DNA from: Dehalococcoidia bacterium
GTDB taxonomy: Bacteria > Chloroflexota > Dehalococcoidia > UBA2979
Direction: 5' to 3'
Assembly (NCBI GenBank): GCA_964291495.2
Contig: OZ219872.1
Coordinates: forward strand, 576,001-640,000
Length of the DNA stretch: 64,000 bases
Of this stretch, positions 27,277 to 36,353 are shown one piece after another. Made by a program: the position numbers and the translations under genes. The notes beneath the pieces were generated by a model, which did no database searches, was not told where the DNA came from, and saw only the letters and a list, made by a program, of their open reading frames with translations. Each line of letters starts with the position of its first letter. The stretch's first letter is position 1.

Positions 27277-27864
27277 ATGACGAGCGAGACCGACATCCTC
27301 CGCGACGACGTGATCCGCATGGTCGAACGCGAGCCCGCCAGCCTCGAGGAGCGGGTCGCGCGCCTGGAGGCGAAGGAGGCGATCCACGACCTGATGATGC
27401 GCTACGGCCACTTCTCCGACGCTCGCGACACGGAGGGCGTGCTCGCGCTCTACACCGACGACGTGGAGCGCGTGCTCACGGGCACCCTCGACGAGCGCGT
27501 GCACGGCAAGGACACGCTGCGCGAGCTGTACCGCAACCCCGTGCTGCCGACGCGGGACGGGAAGTCCCTCGGCGAGGCCTCGCGCTACCGGCGCGGGCGC
27601 CGGACGACGGTGCGGCACATGTTCGCCGCGCCGCTGGTCCGCCTCTCCGACGACGGCAACGAAGGCTGGCTGACCTCGTACTTCACGCTCGTGCGCAGCG
27701 TCGCGAGCGCCGAGGGCTTCGAGCGCCACGTCCACGAGGGCACATACACCTTTACGTTCGTGCGCCTCGAGGAGGGCTGGCGAATCAGCAAGATGGTCGT
27801 CGATACCGAGATTGGGCACGACCGCGGCTACAACCCCGCGGCGACAAAGGAGGCGAGCGCGTGA
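27277..27864 (+). CDS. SnoaL/NTF2-like protein (LinA/BaiE-like)
   Basis: RVARLEAKEAIHDLMMRYGHFSD, LYTDD, VRHM, GTY..EGWRIS. Confidence 0.78.
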   Translation: MTSETDILRDDVIRMVEREPASLEERVARLEAKEAIHDLMMRYGHFSDARDTEGVLALYTDDVERVLTGTLDERVHGKDTLRELYRNPVLPTRDGKSLGEASRYRRGRRTTVRHMFAAPLVRLSDDGNEGWLTSYFTLVRSVASAEGFERHVHEGTYTFTFVRLEEGWRISKMVVDTEIGHDRGYNPAATKEASA

Positions 27865-28979
27865 TGGCAGAGATCCCGACCACCTGCAAGGCAGCCGCGA
27901 TGGTCGGCGCGGGCAAGCCGATGGAGCTGATCGACGTGCGCGTGCCCCAGGAGCTGGAGCCCGGCGGCATCCTCGTCAAGATGTCGATGGCCTCGATCTG
28001 CGCGACCGACGTGCATGCCTGGGAGGGCTCGTCGTCGTTCGCCGAGGACGAGTTCCCGAGCATCCTCGGCCACGAGATGACCGGGCGCATCGCGCGCAGC
28101 GAGGGCCGCACCCACGACTCGATCGGCACGCCGCTGCGCGAGGGCGACCGCATCGTCTGGACGCACGGCTTCTGCGGGAGCTGCCTCAACTGCATCGTGG
28201 AGCACGAGCGCACGCTCTGCCTCAACCGCCGCCGCTGGCACGGCTCGACCGAGGAGTTCCCCTACCTCACCGGCGGCTTCGCCGAGTACGGCTACGTCTT
28301 CCCCACCTCCGGGTGCGTGCGCGTGCCGGACGACGTGCCGGACGAGGTCGCCGCCGCGGTCTCCTGCGCGCTGCGCACGGTGATCCACGGCCTCGACCGC
28401 GTCGGCGAGCTCGACGACCGCCATCGGGTCGTGATCCAGGGTTCGGGCCCGCTCGGCCTGTTCACCCTCGCGCGCGTCGTCACGGGCGGACCGCCCGACC
28501 CGATCGTGATCGGCGGGCCGACGCGCCGCCTCGAGCTCGCGCGCAAGTGGGGCGCGGGGCACACACTCGACATCGACGAGGTTCCCGACCCCGCCGAGCG
28601 CCACGCGCAGGTGATGGAGTGGACGGATGGCCTCGGCGCAGACGTGGTGATCGAGGTCTCCGGTGCGAAGAGCGCCTTCCCCGAGGGCTTCGCGATGCTG
28701 CGGCGCGGCGGGCGCTACCTGGTGATCGGCCAGCTGCACGGCGAGACGTTCCCGTTCGCGCCCTCGGACATCGTGCGCAAGCACGCGCGGATCATCGGGA
28801 CGTCCTCGGCGGCGGTGCAGCACTACCACCGCGCGCTGGAGTTCGTGCGTCGCCACCGCGACCGCTTCGACTGGATGGAGATGATCTCCAACCACTACCC
28901 GCTCGAGCGCATCAACGAGGCGATGGTCGGGATGCAGCGCTGGGAGGAGATCAAGCCCGCGATCACCTTCCCGGACTAG
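27864..28979 (+). CDS. Zinc-binding (MDR) alcohol dehydrogenase
   Basis: ICATD, GHEMTG, structural Zn CGSCLNC..C, GSGPLG. Confidence 0.92.
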   Translation: MAEIPTTCKAAAMVGAGKPMELIDVRVPQELEPGGILVKMSMASICATDVHAWEGSSSFAEDEFPSILGHEMTGRIARSEGRTHDSIGTPLREGDRIVWTHGFCGSCLNCIVEHERTLCLNRRRWHGSTEEFPYLTGGFAEYGYVFPTSGCVRVPDDVPDEVAAAVSCALRTVIHGLDRVGELDDRHRVVIQGSGPLGLFTLARVVTGGPPDPIVIGGPTRRLELARKWGAGHTLDIDEVPDPAERHAQVMEWTDGLGADVVIEVSGAKSAFPEGFAMLRRGGRYLVIGQLHGETFPFAPSDIVRKHARIIGTSSAAVQHYHRALEFVRRHRDRFDWMEMISNHYPLERINEAMVGMQRWEEIKPAITFPD

Positions 28980-28985
28980 GGGCTG

Positions 28986-29501
28986 CTACTCCTGCGACAG
29001 TCTTCGCCCGCCGAGGCCGATCGTCGCCAGACCGAGCGCCAGCCCGACCGGCGCGATCGCCAGCGCGGCGGGCACCGGCGCATGGCCGGCCGAGCCGGTC
29101 ACGACGTCGGCCATGCTCACGCCGGCCGGCTCCTTCGGCCCGTGGCTGTGGGAGTGTCCATCCTCGGCAGGTTCCGTAGCGAGATTCGCGTCGATGTGCT
29201 GCCAGACCCCGAGGGCCGCGCTGACGATGGCCAGGATGGCCACCGCGCGCGCCAGCCGGATCGTCGCCGCCGTCCGGCGAACGACGAGGGCCAGCGTGGC
29301 CACGCTGATGATGCCCAGCGTGATCCACGGCGCCAGCTGCCAGGCGCTGAGCCAGTGCCGTTCGTAGGCGAGCGCGAGGGCGCTGCCGGCCACGCCCAGC
29401 ACGACCAGCAGGAGCAGTCCCGCCCGCAGCCCTCCCGCTGCGCCATCACCTCTCAGCATGTCGGTCACGGTCGTTGCAGCACCTTCGTCGTAGCGACCCA
29501 C
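28986..29501 (-). CDS. Hypothetical four-TM membrane protein (start uncertain, 29459-29501)
   Basis: Hydrophobic helices with His-containing motifs (ERHW, VWQH, GHSHSH); fills the gap between flanking genes. Confidence 0.6.
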   Translation of the reverse strand: MGRYDEGAATTVTDMLRGDGAAGGLRAGLLLLVVLGVAGSALALAYERHWLSAWQLAPWITLGIISVATLALVVRRTAATIRLARAVAILAIVSAALGVWQHIDANLATEPAEDGHSHSHGPKEPAGVSMADVVTGSAGHAPVPAALAIAPVGLALGLATIGLGGRRLSQE

Positions 29502-29669
29502 CGTGCAGGCGTCTCGAAGTCGGCGAGGTCGTCTGGAGACGCTGTATCACTTATCGAGTTCACGAGTCAAACCGCAGGGGCCGGTGGAAGGCCGCGGCCC
29601 ACGCCGACAGCCGTCGGCGGTCGGTCCGCCACCGCGTCCGTGAGTCCCTCGGAGGCAGGTTCGCCGACC

Positions 29670-29845
29670 CGGCGGCCTCTCCCCGAGGGAGAGCGTGGGG
29701 GAGCGCGCTACGGTTCGGCCGGAGTCCCCCTCACCCCCGCCTTCCCCCGCCAGGGGGGAGGGAGCCGGATCGCCCCTCGAGGGGCCTTTGCGCCGATCCG
29801 GTCCCCTCTCCCCCGGCGGGAGAGGGTTAGGGTGAGGGGGACGGC
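29670..29845. repeat. Mosaic intergenic repeat (three REP-like copies)
   Basis: Degenerate copy near 29677, copies at 29726-29763 and 29803-29840 (GGGAGAGGGTTAGGGTGAGGGG). GCGCGCT..GCCGGAGTCCCCCTCACCC is shared with the 1.2-1.8 kb unit. Confidence 0.85.
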
Positions 29846-29959
29846 GCGCTGCGCCGCTCTGGCGGCCACCAGGGCGCGGCCCGCGACCAGCGCGGGCAGG
29901 TGGTATAAACCATCGTGGCGCGCGGGGCGCGCGCCCGCCGAAAGGGGATCCCACCAGCA

Positions 29960-31258
29960 ATGACGACCACCGAGGAACGGCAGTTCCCCAAGATCACCGA
30001 CGAGGGCCTGGCGGGGCTGCGTGCACGGCGGGGCATCCCCGCGATGCGCGGCGACCGCCAGAAGTACACACAGATCAACGCCGACGCCGTGCGCGGCTTC
30101 TCGCTCGGCGCGGGCGACACGAACCCCCTCTACACGAACGAGGACTACGCCCGGAACTCGAGCTGGGGCACGATCGTCGCGCCGCCATGCATCCTCCTCG
30201 GGACGGGCATCCAGGAGGGCCGCGATCTGACCGCCGCCGAGCGCGAGTCCGGCCGCGGCGGCGGCCTGCCCGGCGTCCACGGCATGTACTCCGGCCACGA
30301 CTGGGAGTGGTACCAGCCGATGGTCGAGGGCGACCGCATCTACCGCGTGCAGTACGAGGCCGGCTTCTCCCTCAAGCAGGGCCAGTTCGCCGGCCGCCAG
30401 GTCCTCCAGCACATGGAGACCCTCTACCGCAACCAGAACCACGAGGTGGTCTGCAAGGCCGTGCACTGGCGCTTCCGCACCGAGCGCAACACCGCGGCAC
30501 GGCGCAAGAGCGTCTTCCGCGAGCCGACCGTCTGGTCCGACGAGGAGCTCGCCCGCATCGACGAGGCCTACGCGAACGAGATCCCGCGCGGCGCCGAGCC
30601 GCGCTACTGGGAGGACGTGAACGTCGGCGACGAGATGGGCGAGATGGTGCGCGGGCCCTTCCGCATCACGGACGCCGTCTCCTGGGAGACCGGCGCGGGC
30701 GGCCCCTACGCGCGCACCGGCCGCTCCGACTACGAGTTCCGCCAGCGCCACTTCGGCGCCTACGCCCGCGACAAGCAGCGCGTCTGGGACATCGTCGAGC
30801 GCGTGCACTGGGAGGACGACTTCGCGCGCGAGGTCGGCGTCCCCGCGGCCTACGACTACGGCGCGCAGCGCATCGCCTGGAGCGCCAGCTTCATGACCAA
30901 CTGGATGGGCGACGACGCCTGGTTGAAGCGCCTCTGGGTCCAGATCCGCAGGTTCGGCATCATCGGCGACCTCCAGACCTACCAGGGACGCGTCATCGAC
31001 AAGCGCGTCGAGGACGGCGAGTACCAGGTCGTCTGCGACTTCTGGGCGACGAACCAGCTCGGCGAGACCACCGCGCCCGGGCAGGCGATCGTCGTACTGC
31101 CCTCGCGCGAGGGCGGGATGCCGAAGCTGCCGGCGAGCGGTCAGCCGGCGTACCCGACGTGGGGCCCGGAGACCGTGCTCGAGCCGCTCGGCCTGCCCCC
31201 GGTGGAGCCCGGCCCGCAGGCGCACGACTACAAGCACGTCGGCGTCCCGGACCAGTAG
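29960..31258 (+). CDS. Double hot-dog (MaoC/FAS1-like) dehydratase, paralog of 17351-18652
   Basis: Shares GGGLPGVHGM, DWEWYQP, ARIDEAYANE.PRGAEPRYWEDV, ERVHWE..FAREVGVP and YDYG.QRIAW with the paralog. Confidence 0.82.
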   Translation: MTTTEERQFPKITDEGLAGLRARRGIPAMRGDRQKYTQINADAVRGFSLGAGDTNPLYTNEDYARNSSWGTIVAPPCILLGTGIQEGRDLTAAERESGRGGGLPGVHGMYSGHDWEWYQPMVEGDRIYRVQYEAGFSLKQGQFAGRQVLQHMETLYRNQNHEVVCKAVHWRFRTERNTAARRKSVFREPTVWSDEELARIDEAYANEIPRGAEPRYWEDVNVGDEMGEMVRGPFRITDAVSWETGAGGPYARTGRSDYEFRQRHFGAYARDKQRVWDIVERVHWEDDFAREVGVPAAYDYGAQRIAWSASFMTNWMGDDAWLKRLWVQIRRFGIIGDLQTYQGRVIDKRVEDGEYQVVCDFWATNQLGETTAPGQAIVVLPSREGGMPKLPASGQPAYPTWGPETVLEPLGLPPVEPGPQAHDYKHVGVPDQ

Positions 31259-31271
31259 CCGGAGGCGGCCG

Positions 31272-32552
31272 GTGACCGAGGCGCAGGCGGCGCTGGAGCC
31301 GACGTTCGCGGGACCGCTCTCGCACCTGCGCATCCTCGAGATCGCGGAGCAGGTGCCGGGCCCCTTCGCCGGACGCCTGCTGCACGACCTCGGCGCGGCG
31401 GTCACGAAGGTCGAACGCCCCGGCAGCGGCGACTCCTCGAGGCAGATCGGCCCCTTCCGGGACGACGAGCCGGACCCCGAGGCGAGTGGGCTCTTCAGCT
31501 ACTTCAACCGCGGCAAGCGCTCGGTCACGATCGACTGGACGCAGCCGGACGGCCGTGAACTGCTGGGCCGCCTGCTCGAGGAGAGCGATGTCCTGATCGT
31601 CGACGAGCGGTTCGGTGCGAGCCACGACGAGCTGCTCGCGCTCTGCGAGGAGCACGCCGGCGGCGAGCGCGCCCTCAGCGTGGTCTCGATCACGCCGTTC
31701 GGCCTCACCGGGCCGCGCGCGCACTGGCGCGGCAGTCCGGCGACGATCAGCGCCTACGGAGGACTCACGCTCTACTTCGGCGAGGAGGACCGCGCGCCGA
31801 TCCCGCCACCGCAGGACCTCGCGCTGACGCAGGGCGGCCTCGCGGTCGCGATCGCGACGCTGCTGACCGTGCTCGGGCGAGACGGACAGCCGGGCCGCGG
31901 CCAGGTGGCGGACATCTCGATCGCGGACGTGCTCTCCTCGGTGCACACGGGGCTGGCGGCGACGCACTGGGTGTTCGACAGCCGGCAGTTCCAGCGCCAC
32001 GGGCGGCGTAGCCAGGGCGGGCTCTACCCGAACGCGATGCTGCGCTGCAAGGACGGCTTCTTCCGTATCCACGCGATGTCGCAGAAGGAGTGGCGCGGCC
32101 TGCTCGAGATGATGGGCAGCCCCGCCTGGGGCGACGACCCGGAGTACCAGGACCGCATCGTCAACGGCGACAGGTACGCGGACCTGCTCGACACCTACAT
32201 CGAGAGCTACCTGCTGCAGCACACCAAGAACGAGCTGTTCGAGCAGACGCGCGAGCGGCAGCTGCCGTTCTCGCCCGTGCGCCAGATGCACGAGGTGCTG
32301 GAGGAGGAGCAGCTGCTGCACCTCGGCCTCTTCCGCGAACTCGCGCACCCCAACGGCGAGCAGTTCACCGCCGCCGGCTCCCCCTTCCGCTGGCGCAACG
32401 CCGAGGACGCCGCACCGCCGGAGACCGACCCGACCGGGGCCGCGCTGCTGCGCGCTCCGCGCCTCGGCGAGCACAACGCCGAGGTCTACGGCGCCGTGCT
32501 CGGGCTCGAGGCCGCCGAGATCGAAAGGCTGCGGGGCGATGACGTCATCTGA
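31272..32552 (+). CDS. Family III (CaiB/BaiF) CoA-transferase, probable non-catalytic subunit
   Basis: LHDLGAAVTKVERP, NRGKRSVTID, APRLGEHN; no Asp at the catalytic position (QDLALTQGG). Confidence 0.85.
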   Translation: MTEAQAALEPTFAGPLSHLRILEIAEQVPGPFAGRLLHDLGAAVTKVERPGSGDSSRQIGPFRDDEPDPEASGLFSYFNRGKRSVTIDWTQPDGRELLGRLLEESDVLIVDERFGASHDELLALCEEHAGGERALSVVSITPFGLTGPRAHWRGSPATISAYGGLTLYFGEEDRAPIPPPQDLALTQGGLAVAIATLLTVLGRDGQPGRGQVADISIADVLSSVHTGLAATHWVFDSRQFQRHGRRSQGGLYPNAMLRCKDGFFRIHAMSQKEWRGLLEMMGSPAWGDDPEYQDRIVNGDRYADLLDTYIESYLLQHTKNELFEQTRERQLPFSPVRQMHEVLEEEQLLHLGLFRELAHPNGEQFTAAGSPFRWRNAEDAAPPETDPTGAALLRAPRLGEHNAEVYGAVLGLEAAEIERLRGDDVI

Positions 32553-33780
32553 CGGCGAACGCCGCGCCACGCTCGACATCCTCGAGGGCGTCCGCGTGCT
32601 CGACCTCGGCATGGTCTGGGCCGGCTCGATCTGCGGGCAGGTGCTGTCCGATTTCGGGGCGGACGTGGTCAAGGTCGAGTCGCGCTCGAACCTCGACATC
32701 GCGCGGCGCGGCCGCCCGATTATCGGGACGGAGTACGACCCGAACCAGAACCCGCTCTTCCACAACACCGCGCGCAACAAGCGCAGCCTCGCGCTCAACC
32801 TCAAGACCGAGGAAGGCCGCGACGTGCTTCGCCGCATCGTCCCGCACGCCGACATCCTGATCGAGAACTGGCGGCCCGGGGCGCTGCCCCGGCTCGGCTT
32901 CGGCTACGAGGATCTGCGCGAGCTGCGGCCCGACATCATCATGATCTCGCAGACGCTCGCCGGGCAGGACGGCATCGACGCCCGGCTGCGCGCCTACGGC
33001 CCCACCGTTGGCGGCATCACCGGCCTCGACAGCCTCGTCGGCTACCAGGGCGAGGCGCCGCTCGGCATGGGCCACGCTTACGCCGACCCCAACGTCGGGC
33101 TGCACTCCGCGCTGCTCGCGCTGAGCGCCCTCGAGCGGCGGCGGCTCACCGGTGAGGGCGCCTACATCGACGTCTCGATGTGGGAGGCGATGGTCGCGGC
33201 GCTCGCGACGCCGCTGCTCGACTGCGAGCTGAACGGCCGCGTCGCCGGCCCGCTCGGCGACGACGCGATACCGGGCGCCCCCGCGGGCGTCTTCGCCTGC
33301 GCCGGCGACGACCACTGGCTCGTCCTCGAGGTCCACGACGACGCCGACTGGGCCGGGATCGTGGAGGCGATGGAGCGCCCGGATTGGGCGCTGGACGAGC
33401 GCTTCGCCAGCGCCGAGGGCCGCCTCGCGGCGCGCGAGGAGCTGAACGAGCACGTGCGCGCCTGGACCGCAACGCGCGACCGCGACGAGCTGGCCGAGCT
33501 GCTTCAGGGCAACGGCGTCATCGCCTCGCCCTGCCTCGCCGTGAGCGAGCGGCTCTTCGACGACCACCTGCTCGCGCGCGAGGGCTTCACCTGGGTCGAG
33601 AACCCGGTGCTCGGGCGCGAGCCTGTCTACGGACAGGCGATCCGCCTCAGCGAGACGCCCGGCTACGTGCGCGAGCCCGCCCCGATGCTCGGCCAGCACA
33701 GCGCCGAGGTGCTGCGCGAGCTGCTCGACATGAGCGACGAGGAGATCGAGGCGCTCGACGAGGCGGGGGTGCTGCGGTGA
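32539..33780 (+). CDS. Family III CoA-transferase, catalytic subunit
   Basis: VWAG, DFGADVVKVE, RNKRSLALNLK, ENWRPG, YADPNVG, APMLGQH. Confidence 0.9.
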   Translation: MTSSDGERRATLDILEGVRVLDLGMVWAGSICGQVLSDFGADVVKVESRSNLDIARRGRPIIGTEYDPNQNPLFHNTARNKRSLALNLKTEEGRDVLRRIVPHADILIENWRPGALPRLGFGYEDLRELRPDIIMISQTLAGQDGIDARLRAYGPTVGGITGLDSLVGYQGEAPLGMGHAYADPNVGLHSALLALSALERRRLTGEGAYIDVSMWEAMVAALATPLLDCELNGRVAGPLGDDAIPGAPAGVFACAGDDHWLVLEVHDDADWAGIVEAMERPDWALDERFASAEGRLAAREELNEHVRAWTATRDRDELAELLQGNGVIASPCLAVSERLFDDHLLAREGFTWVENPVLGREPVYGQAIRLSETPGYVREPAPMLGQHSAEVLRELLDMSDEEIEALDEAGVLR

Positions 33781-36287
33781 GCGCGCAGCGCAACGGCCAG
33801 CCGGGCGAGCCGCTCGTCCCCGCACCCGCGCTGCTTGGAGGCCTGCGCGTCCTCGAGTACGGCGAGAGCGCGGCCTCCGCCTTCGCCGCCCGCATGCTCG
33901 GCGACCTCGGCGCGACCGTGACGAAGATCGAACCACCCGGCGGCAGCGCGCTGCGCCGCGAGGGCTACGCGCCGGACGGCGGCGACAGCTCGGCGCTGTT
34001 CGCCTACACCAGCGCGGGCAAGCGCAGCGTCACCCTCGACGACACGACCGCCGCGGGCCGGGAGACGCTGCTGCGGCTGATCGCCGACTGCGACGTGCTG
34101 GTCGACTCGCACCGCGGCTCACACTGGCAGGAGCTGGGCATCGACTTCGAGGCGCTGCCGGGCAGCGGGCGCTGCGCGCTGGCCGTCTCGATCACACCGT
34201 TCGGGCGCTTCGGCCCCCACGCCGAGTGGGCGGCGACGCACCTGACGGCGCACCACGCGGGCGGCGAGGCCTACTTCTTCCACGGCGGCGTCGGCTACGA
34301 CCGCTACCCCGAGGGCCCGCCACTGCGCGTGCCGGCGAGCATCGCCGAGCTCGATGCGGGCTCGGCGGCGGTCGTCGGGATGCTCGGCTGGCTGGCCGGC
34401 TGGCCGGACGCCGAGCGCGAGCCGACGCACCTCGATCTGTCGTGGCAGGAGGCGGCGATGTCGCTCTGCCGCCAGGACATCGTGAAGTGGCCCAACGACC
34501 GCTACCTGGACACGCGCGCGCTGCGCGAGGTCGCTGTCCTCGGCCTGGTCGAGTGCAAGGACGGCTGGTCCGAGGTGCTCCCGGCGCAGCAGCACATGTG
34601 GGAGCGCCTCGTCGAGGCCGTCGGCGACCCCGAGTGGGCGACCGAGCTCGGCGCGACTCCCGATCACCGGATACAGCACACCGAGGAGCTCAACCAGCTC
34701 TTCGAGCCCTGGCTGCGCGAGCGCACGCGCACCGAGATCTTCGACGCGCTGCGCGACTTCGACGTGCCCGGCGGCCCGGTGCGCCTGATGGGCGATCTGC
34801 TGACCTGCGAGCAGCTGCGCCTCCGCGAGTTCCTCCAGACCGTGGCCCTGCCGAACGGCACGACCGCCGAGGTCCCCGCGCAGCCTTACATCGTCCGCGA
34901 GGCGCGCGGCACCGCCTGGCGGCCGGGCCCCGCGAACGGCGCCGAGGCAGCCGCGACGCCCTCGGCAGGCGCACACACCGAGGACGCGCTGAGCGACCCG
35001 CCCGCCGCACCCGCGGTGAGCGCCGCGCCCGCGATCCGCGCGACCGCCGATCCGCAGCGCCCGCTCGACTGGCTGCGCGGCACGCGCGTGCTGGACCTGA
35101 CGTGGTACCAGGCGGGGCCCTACGCGAACATGATCCTCTGCGCCTTCGGGGCGGAGATCCTCAAGATCGAGAGCCACCGCCGGATCGACCCGTTCCGCCA
35201 CTCGCGACGTCACCAGTCCGTCTCGCTTGCCGACCGCAAGACGGACGACTGGATCGACAAGGGCTACCGCTTCAACGAAGACAACATGGGCAAGCGCAGC
35301 GTCGCGATGGACATCTCGCAGGAGCGCGGGCGCGACTTCCTGCGCCAACTCGTCGCCGACGCCGACGTGCTGATCGAGGGCTTCCGGCCCGGCACGATCG
35401 ATCGCCTCGGCCTCGGCTTCGACCGCCTGATCGAGGTCAACCCGCGGCTCGTGATGGTCTCGCTCTCGGCCAACGGCGGGACGCCGCCGGACGGGCACAT
35501 GAGCGGCTACGCCGCCGTCTTCGGCGCGACCTCCGGGCTGTCCGGCCTGAGCGGCTACGACCGCAGCGTCCCCGCCGAGTACCGCGGGCCGCTCGACCAG
35601 CGCGTCGGCACCGCCGTCGCGATGGCCACGCTCGCCGGATTGCACGCCCGCGACCGCAGCGACAGCGCGATCCACGTCGACGTCGCGGCCCAGGAGGCGG
35701 GCGCCGCGCTCGTCGGCGACCAGCTGCTCGAGTGGCAGCTGCGCGGCTGCGTCGCCGAGCCGCTCGGCAACCGCCACGAGCGCCTCGCCCCGCACAACGT
35801 CTACCAGTGCCTGCCGATCGAGGGCGAGCAGGCCTACCTCGTGATCGCCGTCGAGACCGACGAGCAGTGGGCGCGGCTCGCCGAACACCTCGGCGACTGG
35901 CGGCTCGACCCGCGCTGGGACGCCCGCGCGCGCAAGGCGCAGGAGCAGACCATCGACGAGGCGATCGCCGACTGGACGCGCGAGCGCGAGCGCGACGAGC
36001 TTGTCGCGGAGCTGCAGGGCCTCGGAGTGCCCTCGGCGCCGAGCGCGACGGCGCGCGACCTGTACCTGGACGAGCATGTCCGCGCGCGCGGCCTCTGGAG
36101 CAGCGTCGAGCACCCGCGCATGGGCCAGCTCGAGGTGATCGCCCTACCCTGGCTCGTCAACGGATCGCGCATCGCCACGGAGGCCGCCCCGACGCTCGGC
36201 CAGCACAACGAGTACGTCTACGGCGACCTGCTCGGCGTGAGCGCCGAGGAGTTGTCCCAGCTCGTCGCCGAGGGCGTCGCCCACTGA
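33777..36287 (+). CDS. Two-domain fused family III CoA-transferase
   Basis: Two CaiB domains (GKRSVTLD; GKRSVAMD, EGFRPG, PLDQRVG). GTG overlaps the upstream stop. Confidence 0.9.
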   Translation: MSAQRNGQPGEPLVPAPALLGGLRVLEYGESAASAFAARMLGDLGATVTKIEPPGGSALRREGYAPDGGDSSALFAYTSAGKRSVTLDDTTAAGRETLLRLIADCDVLVDSHRGSHWQELGIDFEALPGSGRCALAVSITPFGRFGPHAEWAATHLTAHHAGGEAYFFHGGVGYDRYPEGPPLRVPASIAELDAGSAAVVGMLGWLAGWPDAEREPTHLDLSWQEAAMSLCRQDIVKWPNDRYLDTRALREVAVLGLVECKDGWSEVLPAQQHMWERLVEAVGDPEWATELGATPDHRIQHTEELNQLFEPWLRERTRTEIFDALRDFDVPGGPVRLMGDLLTCEQLRLREFLQTVALPNGTTAEVPAQPYIVREARGTAWRPGPANGAEAAATPSAGAHTEDALSDPPAAPAVSAAPAIRATADPQRPLDWLRGTRVLDLTWYQAGPYANMILCAFGAEILKIESHRRIDPFRHSRRHQSVSLADRKTDDWIDKGYRFNEDNMGKRSVAMDISQERGRDFLRQLVADADVLIEGFRPGTIDRLGLGFDRLIEVNPRLVMVSLSANGGTPPDGHMSGYAAVFGATSGLSGLSGYDRSVPAEYRGPLDQRVGTAVAMATLAGLHARDRSDSAIHVDVAAQEAGAALVGDQLLEWQLRGCVAEPLGNRHERLAPHNVYQCLPIEGEQAYLVIAVETDEQWARLAEHLGDWRLDPRWDARARKAQEQTIDEAIADWTRERERDELVAELQGLGVPSAPSATARDLYLDEHVRARGLWSSVEHPRMGQLEVIALPWLVNGSRIATEAAPTLGQHNEYVYGDLLGVSAEELSQLVAEGVAH

Positions 36288-36353
36288 GCCGCTGACCGCC
36301 GGGCCCCGGAGTCCGTCGCGCTTGATGTACGCTCCCATGACGCCCTGTGCCCG

